This document shows, in pieces, positions 36,356 through 51,055 of a DNA stretch of 64,000 bases. Source of the DNA: Camelus dromedarius (Eukaryota); the NCBI RefSeq assembly GCF_036321535.1, contig NC_087437.1, positions 48,920,001 to 48,984,000 on the forward strand, in the 5' to 3' direction. A program made the position numbers and the translations under genes. The first letter of the stretch is position 1. Every line of letters starts with the position of its first letter. Below the pieces are notes generated by a model. It worked only from the letters and a program-made list of their open reading frames with translations. It was not told the DNA's origin and made no database searches.

Positions 36356-39300
36356 ATCCCTTTCCCTAATCTTTTTTTTTTTTTTTTTTTTTTTTAAGGA
36401 AGGAAAGAGGGAAGAAGGGAGAGAGAGAGAGGATGTGGGTGAGAGCTGGCCTCATCTTACATGTTTTCTCAATAGGATGCTGGTTTTTTGGTTCCATTGT
36501 TTAAATATGTTGTAGAGTCTCTGAGTGTTTATCCTTTCATCAGCCCTGTGTTTTCTTCTGTAAGGTGCCTGGGGCTGCTAACTCGGGGTTCAGTTTAGAT
36601 TTTATTTTTATTTAACACATTATTTTATTGTTATTTACATTAAAAATAGGTAAGAAGGGATTATTATCTGAGACTGTCCATTTTCTATGTGTATTGTCCA
36701 CAAATAGGCCTAGCTAATAGGGTTTTTGAGTTTAATGATTAGGTTATTGGTGTACTGAACATTTTATGTTATGCAGAAATCCTTGGTGAGTTGTTATATA
36801 GCCATGTAAGAGTGCTTTATTGGTATTTGGAGTGATTAGTGAGGATTTTTGGATGGGTTGTGAATGCATTATTATTGTTCCCATTTAAGAATGAAATATA
36901 GTCTACTACCTGATTATTAGTTTCTAAAGATGCGTTCGTCAGTTCCTAGGCTTAGGATAGTAAAGGATGCCAGAATTAGGAATTTAACAATTGAGGGAGG
37001 AGTGAGATTGAATTATTTGGGTTATAAGGGTACATCCTGTTTCCTTGCTTCAAAAACCCTCACTCCCAGCCATTTAATGTTTCTGGAATTAGAGTACATT
37101 TTGTAACCAATATATACATTTTATATGATAATATTTCTGTTAGAGGTTTTTTAAAAAATATATTTCAATAAATGGCACCCCTTTTCTTTATTCCAACTCA
37201 AACCAATTGAAAAGTAAGACAATAGAATATGCAGGTGGAAAATAAGTCTATCAGGTTTATTGGTGATAGATTGGAGGACATAGCTTACTTTGAGTATTAT
37301 AAGCAGTAACACTTTCCCAGGCTGATGTCTCCCTCTGAGCTGGCTGGATAAAGAAGGAGACTGAGATCCAAAGCTCCATGCCTGAGACTTTGGCTTAAAT
37401 TAGCTTCGCTAAACTGAGAAATGTCGCCCAACTGCCCTGGTCCTCCAACTGATTAACTCACCCAACCTCCAGGGTGAGAAGTGAGAGGTTGGTTACAATC
37501 TAGGAGGGGCAGTCACAATCCAAAATTTTCCTCTCTAGCATTATAGGTGTCACAGAGTCATTCTGTGTGTCCTTAAGAGAATACGATAGCAACTCCCTTT
37601 TGATGGGGAAATGGTTTAGTGCCTCCTGGAGACCCTAAGGTTAGCCAATTTTTGGCAGAGAAGATAGTTAGGTGCCTACTGTCTAGGAAAAGAGATGTAA
37701 TTTCTAATTTTTATGTTTTGAGTATCTAAAGAGAGATACTATCTAAGAAGGCTCTGGGAATAGATGAGTACTTGATTGGCTTTTCAGCCTTTTGAAAAAT
37801 AGTCTCAGTGCCAGAAAATACCTATTAGGAAATCATAGCCCTCTGTGTGTATATATGTTTGGGGAGCAGTTGGTGATATCAGGAGAAATACAAAGATAAT
37901 TTATTATTTTTTAATTAAAAAGTAACTTATAAGTAACCGTGGCCTTAATTATTTTTAATTCATTTTAAATAGGAAATAAATACTTAAACATTACAGAAGA
38001 GAATAAAAATAAGTTCTGTCTACTTTTCTCTCAAAGTTCCCCTCTCAGAGGTTACACCATAACCAGGTTTTTGTGAACCCTTCCAGAGATATTTAGGCAT
38101 AATAAATATTTTGTTTGTTTTGCATTAATGATTAATGTTAAAGATGCTTCCAGAGAAACAGATTGGATAGTTTTTATTAACCTTAGAGACATTTATTATA
38201 TATGACCTCAATATCAACTCCTCTATGTGGCATCTGACTATAAGAAAAACCCTTTTTATTAGGCATACAATTGTATGTACAATTGATGACTTAAAATCTG
38301 GTAAAGAGAAAAGATTCCAGGTATAATGGTTATTGAAAGGGGCATTGTTTGTACCAATGTGTTTCAAAGTGTATATTTCAGATTTGTTTTTCTTGCAGTT
38401 CCTCTGTGATATATGCTTCCATGGTTACCAGGTAATAGATGTAATGGGAATAAAAATGTGTAGAGAACTGAAATGGAATTATTATAGCAAATTTCCTCTA
38501 CAAAGAACATTCATTGTCAGCACTGTTTCATTTGGGCAATTTGGAAACTCAGAGGCCCTGGATATAAAAGGTAGATATATACTTATTGGGTAGCTGGTAG
38601 TTTTCTCTAAGTATGTCTTTACCTACTTGGGAATTGCATTATACTATCTTCTAAAAACTGAATTTGGAAGGTAAGCAGTGTAGTTAATTTCTAAGTAAGA
38701 GCATTTTTTTTGCATTTTACAAAGGTGTAAATTCCAGCAGAAGTGCTGTGAGAATGAGGTACAAAGGCAGTTACATTAAAAAAAAGATAGACCCTATTCT
38801 TAAAAGCAAGTCAAGACAAAAGGTGCACAACTCTTTACTTTAAATTTTCTGGGGTTAAAAATAAAAAAGATTTCCTAACCTGTTATGATTTTGTTATACC
38901 AAAACAGGTGGGGTAGGGAAGCAGCCTGGAGAAATGGAAAATGCTTTGCACTAGAAATAGTTGTGAGTTATTTTCCCAACTTTGCCACCACATGTATGAC
39001 CTTGATCTTGACCAGATATTTAGCCTCTCCAGGTGTCAAACTGAGTAGGTAATCTCTTGTGGTGCTTCCAAATCCAACATTCTGTAATGTTAGGAAAGGA
39101 CTTCAAATAATTTATTCTCTTCTCATCTCAAAAAAAAAAAAAAAAAAAGAATTCTACATTGTGATTCTTGTCTGATAATTTAAATTACTGCAGCCCTCAC
39201 AAAATATCTAACAGTTGGGTAGTCTTGCAAGTAGTAGGTGTTATTTAGTTATTCATCAGTAGCACAGTTAGATAATCACAACTAATACTAGCCGAGGGCT

Positions 39301-39469
39301 TTGGTTACCCACTGAAATCATGGCAATTGTATAGATGTCTCATCTGTTATACATTCTCTTTACCTTTTTTACTTATTGCTTCACTCACAAGCCACAGACT
39401 GAGATTAAACTGAGATTTGAGGAATTACTTTAGGAATAATTTATTATTATTGCTGAGAACCTTTTAAAA

Positions 39470-39707
39470 ATGATTTAACTACATTAAAAAAAAACAGTGA
39501 ACTATAACATAATACAGAAAAAAGCACCAATCAAGAATTTAGAGCTCAATGAATTATCATTAGGTGACCATGTAGCCACTACTCACGTCGAGAGCTAGAA
39601 CATTGCCAGTGCCCCTTCTATACCCTTCACTCTTTTAAACAAGACTAAACTCTCATAGGAGACTAAACCCTGTACAGTATGGTTATACAAGTGAAGTCAT
39701 ATAATAT
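39470..39707 (-). mobile_element. Ancient L1ME-like 3' fragment, host of the 39717-42792 insertion; resumes at 42793-43100
   Basis: Joining ..gtgaagtcatat to actatgtattttgtatctaactcctttcactcagcattatg restores an L1M 3'-end motif. Confidence 0.65.
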
Positions 39708-39716
39708 ATATATATA

Positions 39717-42700
39717 TTTTTTTTTGTCAGTAAATACTTTTATTGTCTGCAAAAGCTAGGAAAATATATGGAATCTTTAAAGCAAAGTAATTTCAAAATG
39801 TAATTTGACCTGAAAAATTTCACTTTTAAAGATTTATCCTAAAGGAATCAATAAGGGTATACAAAAATATATTCCTAAAATGATATTCCTTGGAGATTTC
39901 TAAAAATTTACTGAAGTATAATTGACTCACAATGTTTCAGGTGTACAGCAAAGTGATTCAGTTATATAGCTATCTATCTATCTCTTCTTTTTCAGATCCT
40001 TTACCATCGTAGGTTATTACAATATATTGAACGTAGTTCCTGTACTATACAGTAGGTCCTTGTTTATCTATTTTATATATAGCAGTGTGTATCTGTTAAT
40101 CCCCAATTCCTAATTTATCCCCACCCACTTTGGTAACCATAAGTTTGTTTTCTGTGTCAGCAAATCTATTTCTGTCTTGTTAATAAGTTCATTTGTATCA
40201 TTTTTTTAGATTCTACATATAAGTAATATAATATGATATTTGTCTTCTTCTGTCTAACTTATTTTATACAGTATGGTAATCTCTAGATCCATCCATGTGA
40301 TGCAAATGGCATTATTTGATTTTTTTTTATGGCTGAGTGATATTCCATTGTGTATATATATATATATGTGTATGTATATATATCACATATTCTTAAACCA
40401 TTCATCTGTCAGTGGATATTTAGGTTGCTTCCATATCTTGGCTATTGTGAATAGTACTGCTATGAACATTGTGGTGCATGTATCTTTTCAAATTAGAGTT
40501 TTCATATTTTTTGGATCTATGCCCAGGACTGAGATTGCTGGATCATATGGTAACTCTATTTTTAGTTTTTTAAGGAACCTCCATTCTGTTCTCCATAGTG
40601 GCTGTAACAATTTACATTCCCACCAACAGCATAGGAGGGGTTTCTTTTCTCCATGCCCTCTCCAGCATTTATTATTTGTAGACCTTTTGATAGTGACCAT
40701 TCTGATTGATGTGAGGTGATACCTCATGGTAGTTTTGATTTGCATTTCTCTAAAAATTAGTGATGTTCAGCATCTTTTCATGTTCATGTTGGCCATCTGT
40801 ATGTCTTCTTTGGAGAAATGTCTATTTAAGGCTTCTGGTTATTTTTTGATTGGGTTTTTTTTTTTTTTTTTTTGATTTTGAGCTGTATGAGCTGTTTGTA
40901 TATCTTGGAAATTAATCCCTTGTTGATCGCATCATTTGCAAATATTTTGTCCCATTCCATAGGTTGCCTTTTTGTTTTGTTTATGGTTTCCTTTGCTGTG
41001 CAAAAGCTTTTAAGTTTAATTAAGTCCCATTTGTTTATTTTTGCTTTTGTTTCCATTACTCTAGGAGACAAGTCCAAAAAAGATTGCTAAGATTTATGTT
41101 AGAGTGTTCTGCCTGTTTTCCTCTAGGAGTGTTATAGTATCCGGTCTTACATTTAGGTCCTTAGTCCATTCTGTTTATTTTGTATATGGTGTTAGAGAAT
41201 GTTCTAATTTCATCCTTTTACATGTAGCTTTCCAGTTTTCCCACCACCATTTTTTGAAGACACTGTCTTTTCTCCATTGTGTATTCTTGCCTCCTTTATT
41301 GTAGATTGACCATAAGTGCATGTTTTTTTTCTGGGCTTTTGATCCTATTCCATTGATCTATGTGTCTGGTATTGTGCCAGTACCATGCTATTTTGATTAT
41401 TGTAGCTTTGTAGTATAGCGTGAAGTTAGGGAGCATGAATCCTCTAGCTCCATTTTTCTTTCTCAAGATTGTTTTGGCTCTTTGGGGTCTTTTGTGTTTC
41501 CATACAAATTAAAAAAAATTTTTTTGTTCCAGTTCTGTGAAAAATTCCATTGGTAATTTGATAGGGTTTGCATTGAATCTGTAGATTGCCTTTGGTAGTA
41601 TGGTCATTTGTAACAATATTCATTATTCCAATCCAAGAACACGGTATATCTTTCTGTCTGTGTTGTATTCAGTTTCTTTCATCTGCATCTTATAGTTTTG
41701 CCTTCTTAGGTAGGTTTATTCCTATTTTATCCTTTTTGATGTGGTGGTAAATGGAATTGTTTCCTTAATTTCTTTTTCTGCCATTTCATTGTTAGTGTAT
41801 AGAAATGCAACAGATTTCTGAATATTAGTTTAGTATCCTGCAACTTTACCAAATTCATTGATGAGTTCTAGTAGTTTTCTGGTGGCATCTTTAGGATTTT
41901 CTATGTACAGTATCTTACCATTTGGAAACAGTGACAGTTTTACTTCTTTGTTTCCAATTTGTATTCCTTTTATTCCTTTTTCTTCTCTGATTGCTGTGTC
42001 TAGAACTTCCAAATCTATGTTGAATAAAAATGGCAAAAGTGAGCATCCTTGTCTTTTTCCTGATCTTAGAGGGAATGCTTTCAGCTTTTCACCATTGAGT
42101 ATGATGTTAGCCGTGGGTTTGTCATATATGGACTCTATTATGTTGAGGTATGTTCCCTCTATGCCTGCTTTTGGGAGAATTTTTTTTTTAACATAAATGG
42201 TTGTTGAGTTTTATTAAAAGCTTTTTATACATCTATTGAAATCATACGGTTTTTATTCTAAAGTTTGTTAATGTGGTATATCACGTTGATTTGCAGATGG
42301 TGAAAAATCCTTGCATCCCTGGGATAAATCCCACTTGATCATAGGATGTGATCCTTTTAACAGATTGTTGAATTAGGTTTGCTAGTATTTTTTTAGAGTT
42401 TTGCATCTATGTTCATCAGTGATATTGGCCTATAATTTTCTTTTTTTGTGATATCTTTGTCTGGTTTTGGTAGCAAGGTGATCGTGGCCTCATGGAGTGA
42501 GTTCAGAAGTGTTCCTTTCTCTGTAACTATTTGGAATAGTTTCTGAAGGATGGGTGTTAACTCTTCTCTAAATGTGTGGTATAATTACCCTGTGAAGCCA
42601 TGTAGTCCTGGACTTCTGTTTCTTGGGAGTTTTAAAATTACTGATTCAATTTTAGTACTAGTAATTGGTCTGTTCACATTTTCTATTTCTTTCTGGTTCA

Positions 42701-42792
42701 GTCTTTTTAAGAATTTGTCCATTTCTTCTAGGTTGTCCAGTTTATTGGCATATAGCTGCTCATAATATTCTCTTATGACCCTTTGTATTTCT
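39717..42792 (-). mobile_element. 5'-truncated L1 (RT domain to 3'UTR, ~39900-42792) with a 3' transduced segment (~39726-39900)
   Basis: ORF fragments [31 protein letters not shown] and [24 protein letters not shown]; probable TSD tcatataatat 39697-39707 and tcatatactat 42793-42803. Confidence 0.9.
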
Positions 42793-44825
42793 TCATATAC
42801 TATGTATTTTGTATCTAACTCCTTTCACTCAGCATTATGAGATTACTCATGTTGTTGCATGTGATTGTAGTTCTTTCATTTTAATAGTTGGTATTCTATT
42901 GTATGTCACAACAATTGAGGCATTGATTCTACTATTAGTAGACATTAAGGTTGGTTTTAGTTTGGAGCTATTAAGTAAGTGTTTTTTGAACATTTTTGAA
43001 CATGTACTTGGAGCACATGTGCACAATTTTATATTGAGCATATACCTAAGTGTTGGGTTGCTAGGTCATAGTATACATGTATGTTCACAGTTAGAACTCT
43101 TCTGATATATCGTGTTCTTGGAAAACCATTTTATGTACTCTTTTTTGAAGCTTGATAGTTTAAATCACTTTTTAATTTACATGTAGTAAAAAAATAACAA
43201 TTTTAGTGTATAGTTCTATGATTTTGGACAAGTATATAATCATAAAATCCCAACCATGATCAAAGTAGAGAATATTTCCAATATTTCCATCATCCAAAAA
43301 ATTCCTTCACATAATCATTTTAAATAAACTGCTACCCTCACCACTAACTCCAGGAAACCACTGATCTGTCTTCTATTCCTGTAATTTTGCCTGTTCCATA
43401 ATGGAAACATACATTTAATAGTTATATACTTTTATCAGTAAATATAGGTATTATAATATTAATCTTTGATTTAAAGTCTAATTTAAATTTGTGTTATTAC
43501 CACTTCCTGGACAATTTAGAGATCTTAGTACTTTAACTCCATTAATCCTTCTCTCAATTTACCCATCTTTTTACACTTTTCATTATTATTAATTATGTCT
43601 GGACCTCTGCACATCTATCTGGGATTTTTTTTTTTTCCCTAAAGAATACCTTTTAGTATTTCTTTTTAAAAAAAGTTTGCTGATAGTAACTCAGTTGTAT
43701 TTGTCTGTTAGTAGCTATACTTCACTTTCATTCTTAAAAGATATGTTAGTTACTAGTGATAGTCTTTTTGGTTGATGTTTAATGTTCTTAATTTTTACAA
43801 AGTTTGGGACAAAAAATATTGGTTTAAGTTGTACCAGGGAGGTTAAGGAAAGATGTTTGATTTAAAAAATTATTGATCATGATATAGTATGTCCTACAGT
43901 ATATTCTGCAGACTACTAATTCTATGGGCTTCCCTAACAAAAAAAAAAAAAAAAAGGCTTTATGACCTCAGAATTTTGTGGAAACACATCCTCTTTCATT
44001 TTTGAAATTCATTGTTCATTTTAGACCCTGGAGAGGCTGCTGTGATAAAATCCATTTAACTTTAATTCAACATTCCCCAAAACATTTGATTAGGAAACTA
44101 TTGTTCTGGATAATCTCTAATCATTTCAAGCACTTGATATAAAGCATGCATTTTGGGAGAGCCTCTTTAAGGGCTGCATGGTGCTGGGATGCAAATAAAA
44201 ATACTTGTGTGAGGCGTTTTTTTGTTTTCTTGTTTTTGTTTTTGTCTGCTTATTTGTTTGCTTGTTTTAAGATTAGGCTGTTCTGTCCCCTGAAATACTC
44301 TTAAAATCTCTTGTTCCAGTTTCTGGCTACAGACAAAGTCTTTCATGGAACTTAATTTCATACCTGTAGTCACTACCTAGTGTGACTATAGTAAATAGAA
44401 GCAGTTCTGATACAAGTGGGTAACGCCCCTGTAAACTGAGATCTGCCCTGGATTAGAGGTATCCATAATCTGTGCAGAGAGTGGCATCCTGATAACCCTG
44501 TGTCAGACTTTCTTTAAAATAGGGAAACAAGCAGTTAGTCATTGCACTCTGAGGACTTCAGAAATTCAGAAAGGGCATGGAGGAAACAGTTAAGTCAATC
44601 TTATCTAGAGATCTGGTGCGATTTATAGAGCAGTATATTCTGTCTCTGTGTTTTTTTTTCATTCCCCCAGGGATCTGTGACCCTTTCATTTAAGTCTCTG
44701 TGCAGAACAGGACATTTTGTCTATCATATTCAAGCCCAACTGGCATTGAGATCTGATACTAGAGATTACCACTAAAAACACCCCAAAGCTGATAAATCTA
44801 TAGATTCCACAGAGGAAGCAGAGGC

Positions 44826-45064
44826 TGTCACACTGGGTGTACACGGACAATGTTGCTGGTGACCTTGAGTGATTAGAGGACCAAGGGAACAGCTTCCAGC
44901 AACTCAGCTAACAAAAGAGCTGCTTCACATGACATCATGTGTCTGTGTGGCAGCCACCAGCTTCCATGCCCTGCTTTCCTTGTGAATTTTCAAGGAACTC
45001 AAGAATAAAACCCTTGTTGCAATCCACTTCTTATCTTTGATGCTGCACACATGCAGCTCTGACA
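44826..45064 (+). mobile_element. Possible old solo LTR fragment
   Basis: tgtca...tgaca termini with aataaaacccttg about 55 nt before the end; no matching TSD seen. Confidence 0.35.
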
Positions 45065-45468
45065 CGCATTATATTATTAGTTCCTACTTTCTCAATTTTA
45101 ATTAAATACAGAAATGAATTACTTTAATCTACCATTTTTGAGAGTCAGCATTATTGCATGTGATTATCCACTGAAATGGGGTTGGCACAGAAAATTAATG
45201 ATATTTAAAATATTATCTCTACTATTTTAGTTTGCTCTCCCAGCAAATCTTAATTTAGCCCCAAAATCTTCTTTTTACACATGATCCTAAGTAAATAAGC
45301 ATTTATCTAGTGGATTGAGAATCTAAATGTTAACCTTTCAAGTGTTATTTGAACTGTCTTCTGTCATTTAAAAACCTCAAAATCTTTTGGCATATATAAC
45401 TGTACACTATATAAAAAATCTCAGATACAAATTATATAGCTTTAAAAATCCAGTAACTCTTCTATAAG

Positions 45469-45605
45469 TAGAGTGACCATATGGTCCTCTATTTTGCCTT
45501 GGACGGTGCTAGTTTGCCCCTGTAGTCCTGAGTCAATCACAAGTAGTAACCCCTTTCACTTCCAAAAGTGTCTTGGTTTGGAGAATAAATTAGATGGTCA
45601 CTCTA
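45469..45605. mobile_element. hAT-Blackjack MITE (MER94-like)
   Basis: Perfect 12-bp terminal inverted repeat tagagtgaccat (45469-45480) / atggtcactcta (45594-45605); 137 bp long. Confidence 0.8.
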
Positions 45606-45721
45606 TCCCATTTAACCCAATTATGCAAATTATTAGGAAACAATTATTCGTTTGATATTTAAGAAAAATAGAAGTTTTTGATTGATTGGTAAATATCCTC
45701 TGGTATTTTTCTCAACTAGGT

Positions 45722-45868
45722 CAGTGGTTCTGTTGCACATCAGAATCATGCTTAAATCAACCATAAACCAATTTTTAAAAAAATCTCTGGAGGTTGAGTG
45801 TTGCTATCGGTATTTTTAAAATCTTCACAGATAATATTGACATGAGGTCAGGATTGCTAACCAATGGA
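45722..45868. mobile_element. MER5-like MITE
   Basis: cagtggttct...gcacatcagaatca...ggtatttttaaaa...ctaaccaatg. Confidence 0.5.
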
Positions 45869-47237
45869 TTATATAGTTTGTGCATTTAAACTTGTCTTTC
45901 TTTTCAGGATTATTCAAAGACGTCTTAAATAATTTTTTTTTTAAGCCAGCATACCTTACTAGTGTTCTGATTCATTAAGTTTGAAACTTGTTAAGTCTAT
46001 ACAATAGACAGTATCAGTGAATGCTTTTTGACCAATCACCATAAGCAAATGCTCAAATAACTCACTGGCTGCTTTAATCATGAAGCTAACTCTAATAATT
46101 AGGTCAGTTTTTGGTTTCTTGTTCTTTCTGCCAACTGAATAATTTCGATAAACTTTTGAGTGGTGAATGTGTAGCTTGGAACTCAGCTTGTAAATAGCTG
46201 ATGCAATTGGTTTTTTATATATAGATGAAAGGCGAGGTGAATATTGTCTTGGGAATTACTCAAGTCATTCATAAGAAATTCAGTACTTGATGACTTAGAA
46301 GATTCCTTAGAGAAATATCCAGTCATATATCCTGGAAGTGAACCTGAATATTCATCATAAATTGAGAATTGTTTTCTCATAGGAATGAAATCTATAAAAT
46401 TACAAAGGGTTTGGAGGTTTCTGACTATGGGGAATAAAAAAATAGCATGATGACTTTCATCTAGATGCTTCCTGTAAGATAACAAGGTTGGACCTCCCTT
46501 CAGAAGAGACCCTGCAATGAACTGGGACAGAGGTAATTCTGTGTTTCTGTTTGGCCTCCCTCCATACAAATTTGTTAAATACTTCGGAAGAAAGTGAGAG
46601 TCTTCAATATTAACAAAACATTCAAGTAAGTTTTTACTGTTTAAAAGTGCTTTTATTGAATTCATGATTACTCTATAGCCCCTGTAAATGACTGCTTTTA
46701 TTTTGGATGTCTTTAACATATTACTGCTTCATTGTATTTTGGTTTAAGATTGAACTCTTTTACCCAGTTACTGTATTCTAAGGAACTGATACACTACATT
46801 GAAGTACTCAGTGAAGAAGCCAAGGTCAATTTGTTTTACAATTTTTTAGAGTAGTTGATGTTCTGTAATAAGATTTCCTCTGAGTCCTTAAGGTGAAAAT
46901 ATTTAGCTGTATTAAGATTACATGACTTCAAAAAGACACAGAGTAAGCATTTAAAAGATCTCCAAACTCAAGATAATATACCATATGTTAGAAGGAATTT
47001 ATCTCAATTCAAATATGCTTTAACAAAGATAGAAATGAACTTCTTTGAAGAATTTATTTTAGCAAAAAGTACTTTTGGAAGATCAGTTTTACCTAAAGCA
47101 TATATGAATAAGCTGACTTTAGCCTCTTTCACACGTGACACACTATTCATATAATCAAATACATAGGCCTAAGAATGACTTAACTGGGCTGTGAGATTTT
47201 GAAAATTCAGGTGTGTTAAAAAGTGAATACTCTAGGG

Positions 47238-47420
47238 CAGAGGTTCTCAAAGTGTGATCCCTGGACCAGCAGCATCAGGATGACCTGGAAACTTACTACA
47301 GATGCAGACACTTGATCTGCACCCAAGACCTACTGAATCAGATCTCTGGAATGGTGCCCAGCAATCTGTTTTATCAAGGCATCCAGGTGATTCTAATGCA
47401 CCCTAAAGTTTGAGATTTCC
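47238..47420. mobile_element. MER5A-like MITE
   Basis: cagaggttctcaaagtgtgatccctggaccagcagcatcag...cctactgaatcaga...ccaggtgattctaatgca..aagtttgaga. Confidence 0.85.
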
Positions 47421-50400
47421 AGAAATTAAAAGTGTGAGGTCAGTGAGATAAGGATCAAATTGACTTGTTATAGCTGGATGATATGGAAATTTGACTAGTT
47501 TTACTGTGTCTTTAAGGATTCATTAGTAGAATACATTTTAAAGATTGTATGTGCCTATGGATGATTACAATTGCTTGTTGTTATAGAACAATAGGATAAT
47601 TTTTGTGAGCAAATTTACATGTAACTTGTGTGTATCTTTTTCATCTTGCTTAATTTCTTTTTTATTTCTCTCAATAACTGAATTCAGTTCACATTTAACT
47701 ATAAGTATCTAACTAACAACTGATCCTTTGAACACCTCTTTTGTTTCTACTTAAGTTATATAGATATTTATACTTTTTTAATATAAAGATTTATTGAATA
47801 GTTTATTTCTTAGATGAGCCCTCACAAGACTGGGCAGTAAGTTTTCTATGATTTTTTCCATCTCTGGTATCAGTTTTTCCTAGACATAGTAATACATGAT
47901 AAATGAAAAATATATAGTGTCTAGCACATAGAAAGTGTATCACTGAAAAAAATTCCTGCCTTGTGAACTTACCTTTTAGCAAGTATCATATAACGTAAAT
48001 CCAATTCAAAAGCAGAAACCATAATACTTGAACTGATGGCCTTTATTCTATTTTGATAGTTCCCCTTGGAATGAAAAGGTTTCCATGTGCCAGCCTGGGA
48101 TTATTGTTAGAGGTGACAACATTGTCAGTGTCAGTTGGAGAACTGTCTTGAGTCTTTCAGCTCAGAGTTCCTATCTTTAGTCACTTGCCCCATGTATCCA
48201 TGAACTGTCTCCGGGTTCTTTGGTCAGTGCTCTTAACTACGAGTTCAGTAATGGTATACTCAAAAGGAGTCAAGTGGCTTACAATAGCATTGGCACCCAA
48301 GAGCAGCCATTTTTGGTCAGAGTTTCTCTGGGAGGCAAGTGGCATGACCAGGGAGGAAGATACTCAATAAATATGTAGATGTACTCCACACTGGGGATGA
48401 AAAAAGGAGCTACAGCTCTTGGTAACTTCATCTTCTCAAGGATAGGCCCTTTATCCATTCCAGAATTGCGATTTTCATGGCCTGCTTTCATATTATGATA
48501 GTGATCATGTGATTTTGTCTTCATAGAACATTTGCTTGCCATCGTGGAGTATCCTGTGATTGTTTCTTTGCTTATGGTAGGTCCAGTAAGGATCTTATAG
48601 GCTTTATGGGTCCAGGAGACTCCAACTCATCTATTTTCAGCAACTCTTGACTCTTCTTCCAGAGGTAGTCTAACACTGATTGCAGAATATGAAGGACTTC
48701 TTCCATTTTTACTGGATTTGAGATCATTGTTTCAGTCAATTCTAGATACTTTGGTTACACTCTCCCTCCTCCACAGTTCTATCCTTATGAATATTTATTG
48801 TGTACACTGTTTTGTTCAGTATCTTTATGTTACATAACTGTTGCACAGAAGTTGAACAGAGACCTGTGTGGATGAGAGCTGTACAGGGAGATTGTGGAAC
48901 TGGGTGATGGGCATTCTTGACAAAGGCAGCACCTGAGCAGGCCTTTGTGGAGGATGGTGGCTGAAGGAATTTCCTTAAGAGAAGTGTCTCAAAGTAAAGG
49001 GAATTGTTTTCCAGCAGTGTAGCCCACACAGAAGGGAAAATTGGGTTAGCTTGTCCAGGTTAAGCCCGTAGACAACTTCAAACTCCTGAGACATGTAGGA
49101 GGCTAGTGCTAGACACTGCCTCAACCAGCTGGGCAGGAGAAGCTCTTCCAATAGGCTTCCAGTGAAGTAACCCAACAGAGTGGAATGTAAAAACCATAGG
49201 AGTTAAGGACTCAATTCATTTTCTAGCTGGGTGTGCACATGTGGGGGAAAGAGGCTCTCTCTCTCAATGACTCAATGAAAATGGTGAGCCCACATTTTTG
49301 CATTTCACATGAGTTCTCCTAAATGCTCTTTGGGATGTTGAATTTGGATAAGCATCGTCTGAGTAATGATGTCCTTAAACCCATAGGTGCCTGGACTGGG
49401 CTCCTTCCCATGGTAGCTGCACTCCAGGGTAGGAGGTGACTTCTAGGTATGCCCATTTCCCACTCCTGCTCCAGGCTCCTTGTGTATCATTAGATAAGGG
49501 GGTGGCTATGGATGGGTGGTGAGGATAGTACAGAGTCAATAATTCAGGGGCTCCTAATGTCTTCCCCTGGGGAGGGACAGGTGAGGAATGCCTCCCTCAG
49601 CTCCCTCAGCCCCTTGGGATAAGTAGGTGTTGGCTGTTGGGCCCTTTGCTGGAAGCTTCTTTTTGACCATATCTATTTTTTTACTCCATCTCTCTTCCAA
49701 GATTTTCACCTGCCTGCAAGAACAATTAAGAGATTTTATAATATTTTGTGATTATAAGGGGATGGAATCTTTTACAACATGGTTGATTTTCAGAGATTCA
49801 ACTTTTAGGTATCTTCCTAGGTTCATATGTACAAACCTGATGGCTCCCTATATAATAATTAATATGATATTCAAACATCATACAAGACAGCTTTGAGAAA
49901 AACCAAAACTCATTTTATTTTATATTAATACAATTAGTAAGAGGACTATTTTCTAATTACTTACCTAATAGAAAAAAAAATCTATAAATGGGGAGTGATG
50001 CATGGGGAAATAATTTTATTTTGTGCCCTGACACTGTAGATAATATTGAATTATAAAGTGGTTTCTGTGAATTGTGTGCAATTGTGATATGGATTCTAAG
50101 TATTGAAGAATTGCAGGATATTTTTAGAGCTAGATGTAAACTTACAGATCACCTAAGTCAATCATATCATTTTTCATATGAAGAATTTTAGCTGTGATTT
50201 ATATATTTTACTGGTAAGAAAATTACTCAAAATGAACATAAAGCTCATCAGTTCAATTGTATACCTACTCTTAAAATATTCACCTTATTAGAGTAAATTG
50301 AACTTAGTATTGATCAGATATTGTGTTAGCTACTTTAAAATTTTTCCTTTAGTTTCTCCTGAACAAGCCAAGTTTTACTATCTCCACTTTACAGACCAGT

Positions 50401-51055
50401 CTTTGAGTCAATTTGTTTAGATATGTTTGGAAACAACATACTCTTTTTTAAAATGATGTACCGAATTGTAATTATAAGAAGTCCCTACATAAAAGGCTCA
50501 TAATTCAAAACTATTTGAATTCAGAATGCAATTACTTAAAGGAATTAGAGTATTTCTTCAGAGGAAAACTGTTACAAGAGGCAGTTAAATTCTCAGATTA
50601 GCCTTCAAAATTCCAAATTCTCCCATCTGTGACCTAGCTGCAGTCATGCTTGTTTATAATGAGAAAGCAACCTGCTACCATTCTGGTACTTAGTGAGAGA
50701 TTTTGTGTTTTACATTTTGGTACTTGAGTTAATTGAGTAAATTAGGAGATGATGAAGCAGTAGAGGGAACTGTCTGGTGAAATGTCTGTTGTGACTGTTT
50801 CTTCATGTCTCCCATCTTATGGCTTTTCTTTTGATACCGATTCTTGAATACTGGTATTCTCTTATGCTTATTTACCATGATTATGCTGGTGTGCTTATGT
50901 ATTTATTTTTCTTAAAAATTGAACAGAGAATAGAGAAGGTAGGAAGAGAAAGATATTAGTTAATAGGGCAAGAACTGGAAAAGAGTAAGGAAGGGAAATA
51001 TAAAAATGTTGCTGCCTGAAAAACTTGAGATGTGGTTTTTAACAGGTTTGTAAAC

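Noticed and set aside
44364..44391. Short inverted repeat ctgtagtcac...gtgactatag
   Set aside because: A 10-bp imperfect stem is within chance expectation for 64 kb.
46183..46719. 178-aa ORF on the - strand
   Set aside because: AT-rich, no recognisable family and no supporting gene structure; treated as a chance ORF.
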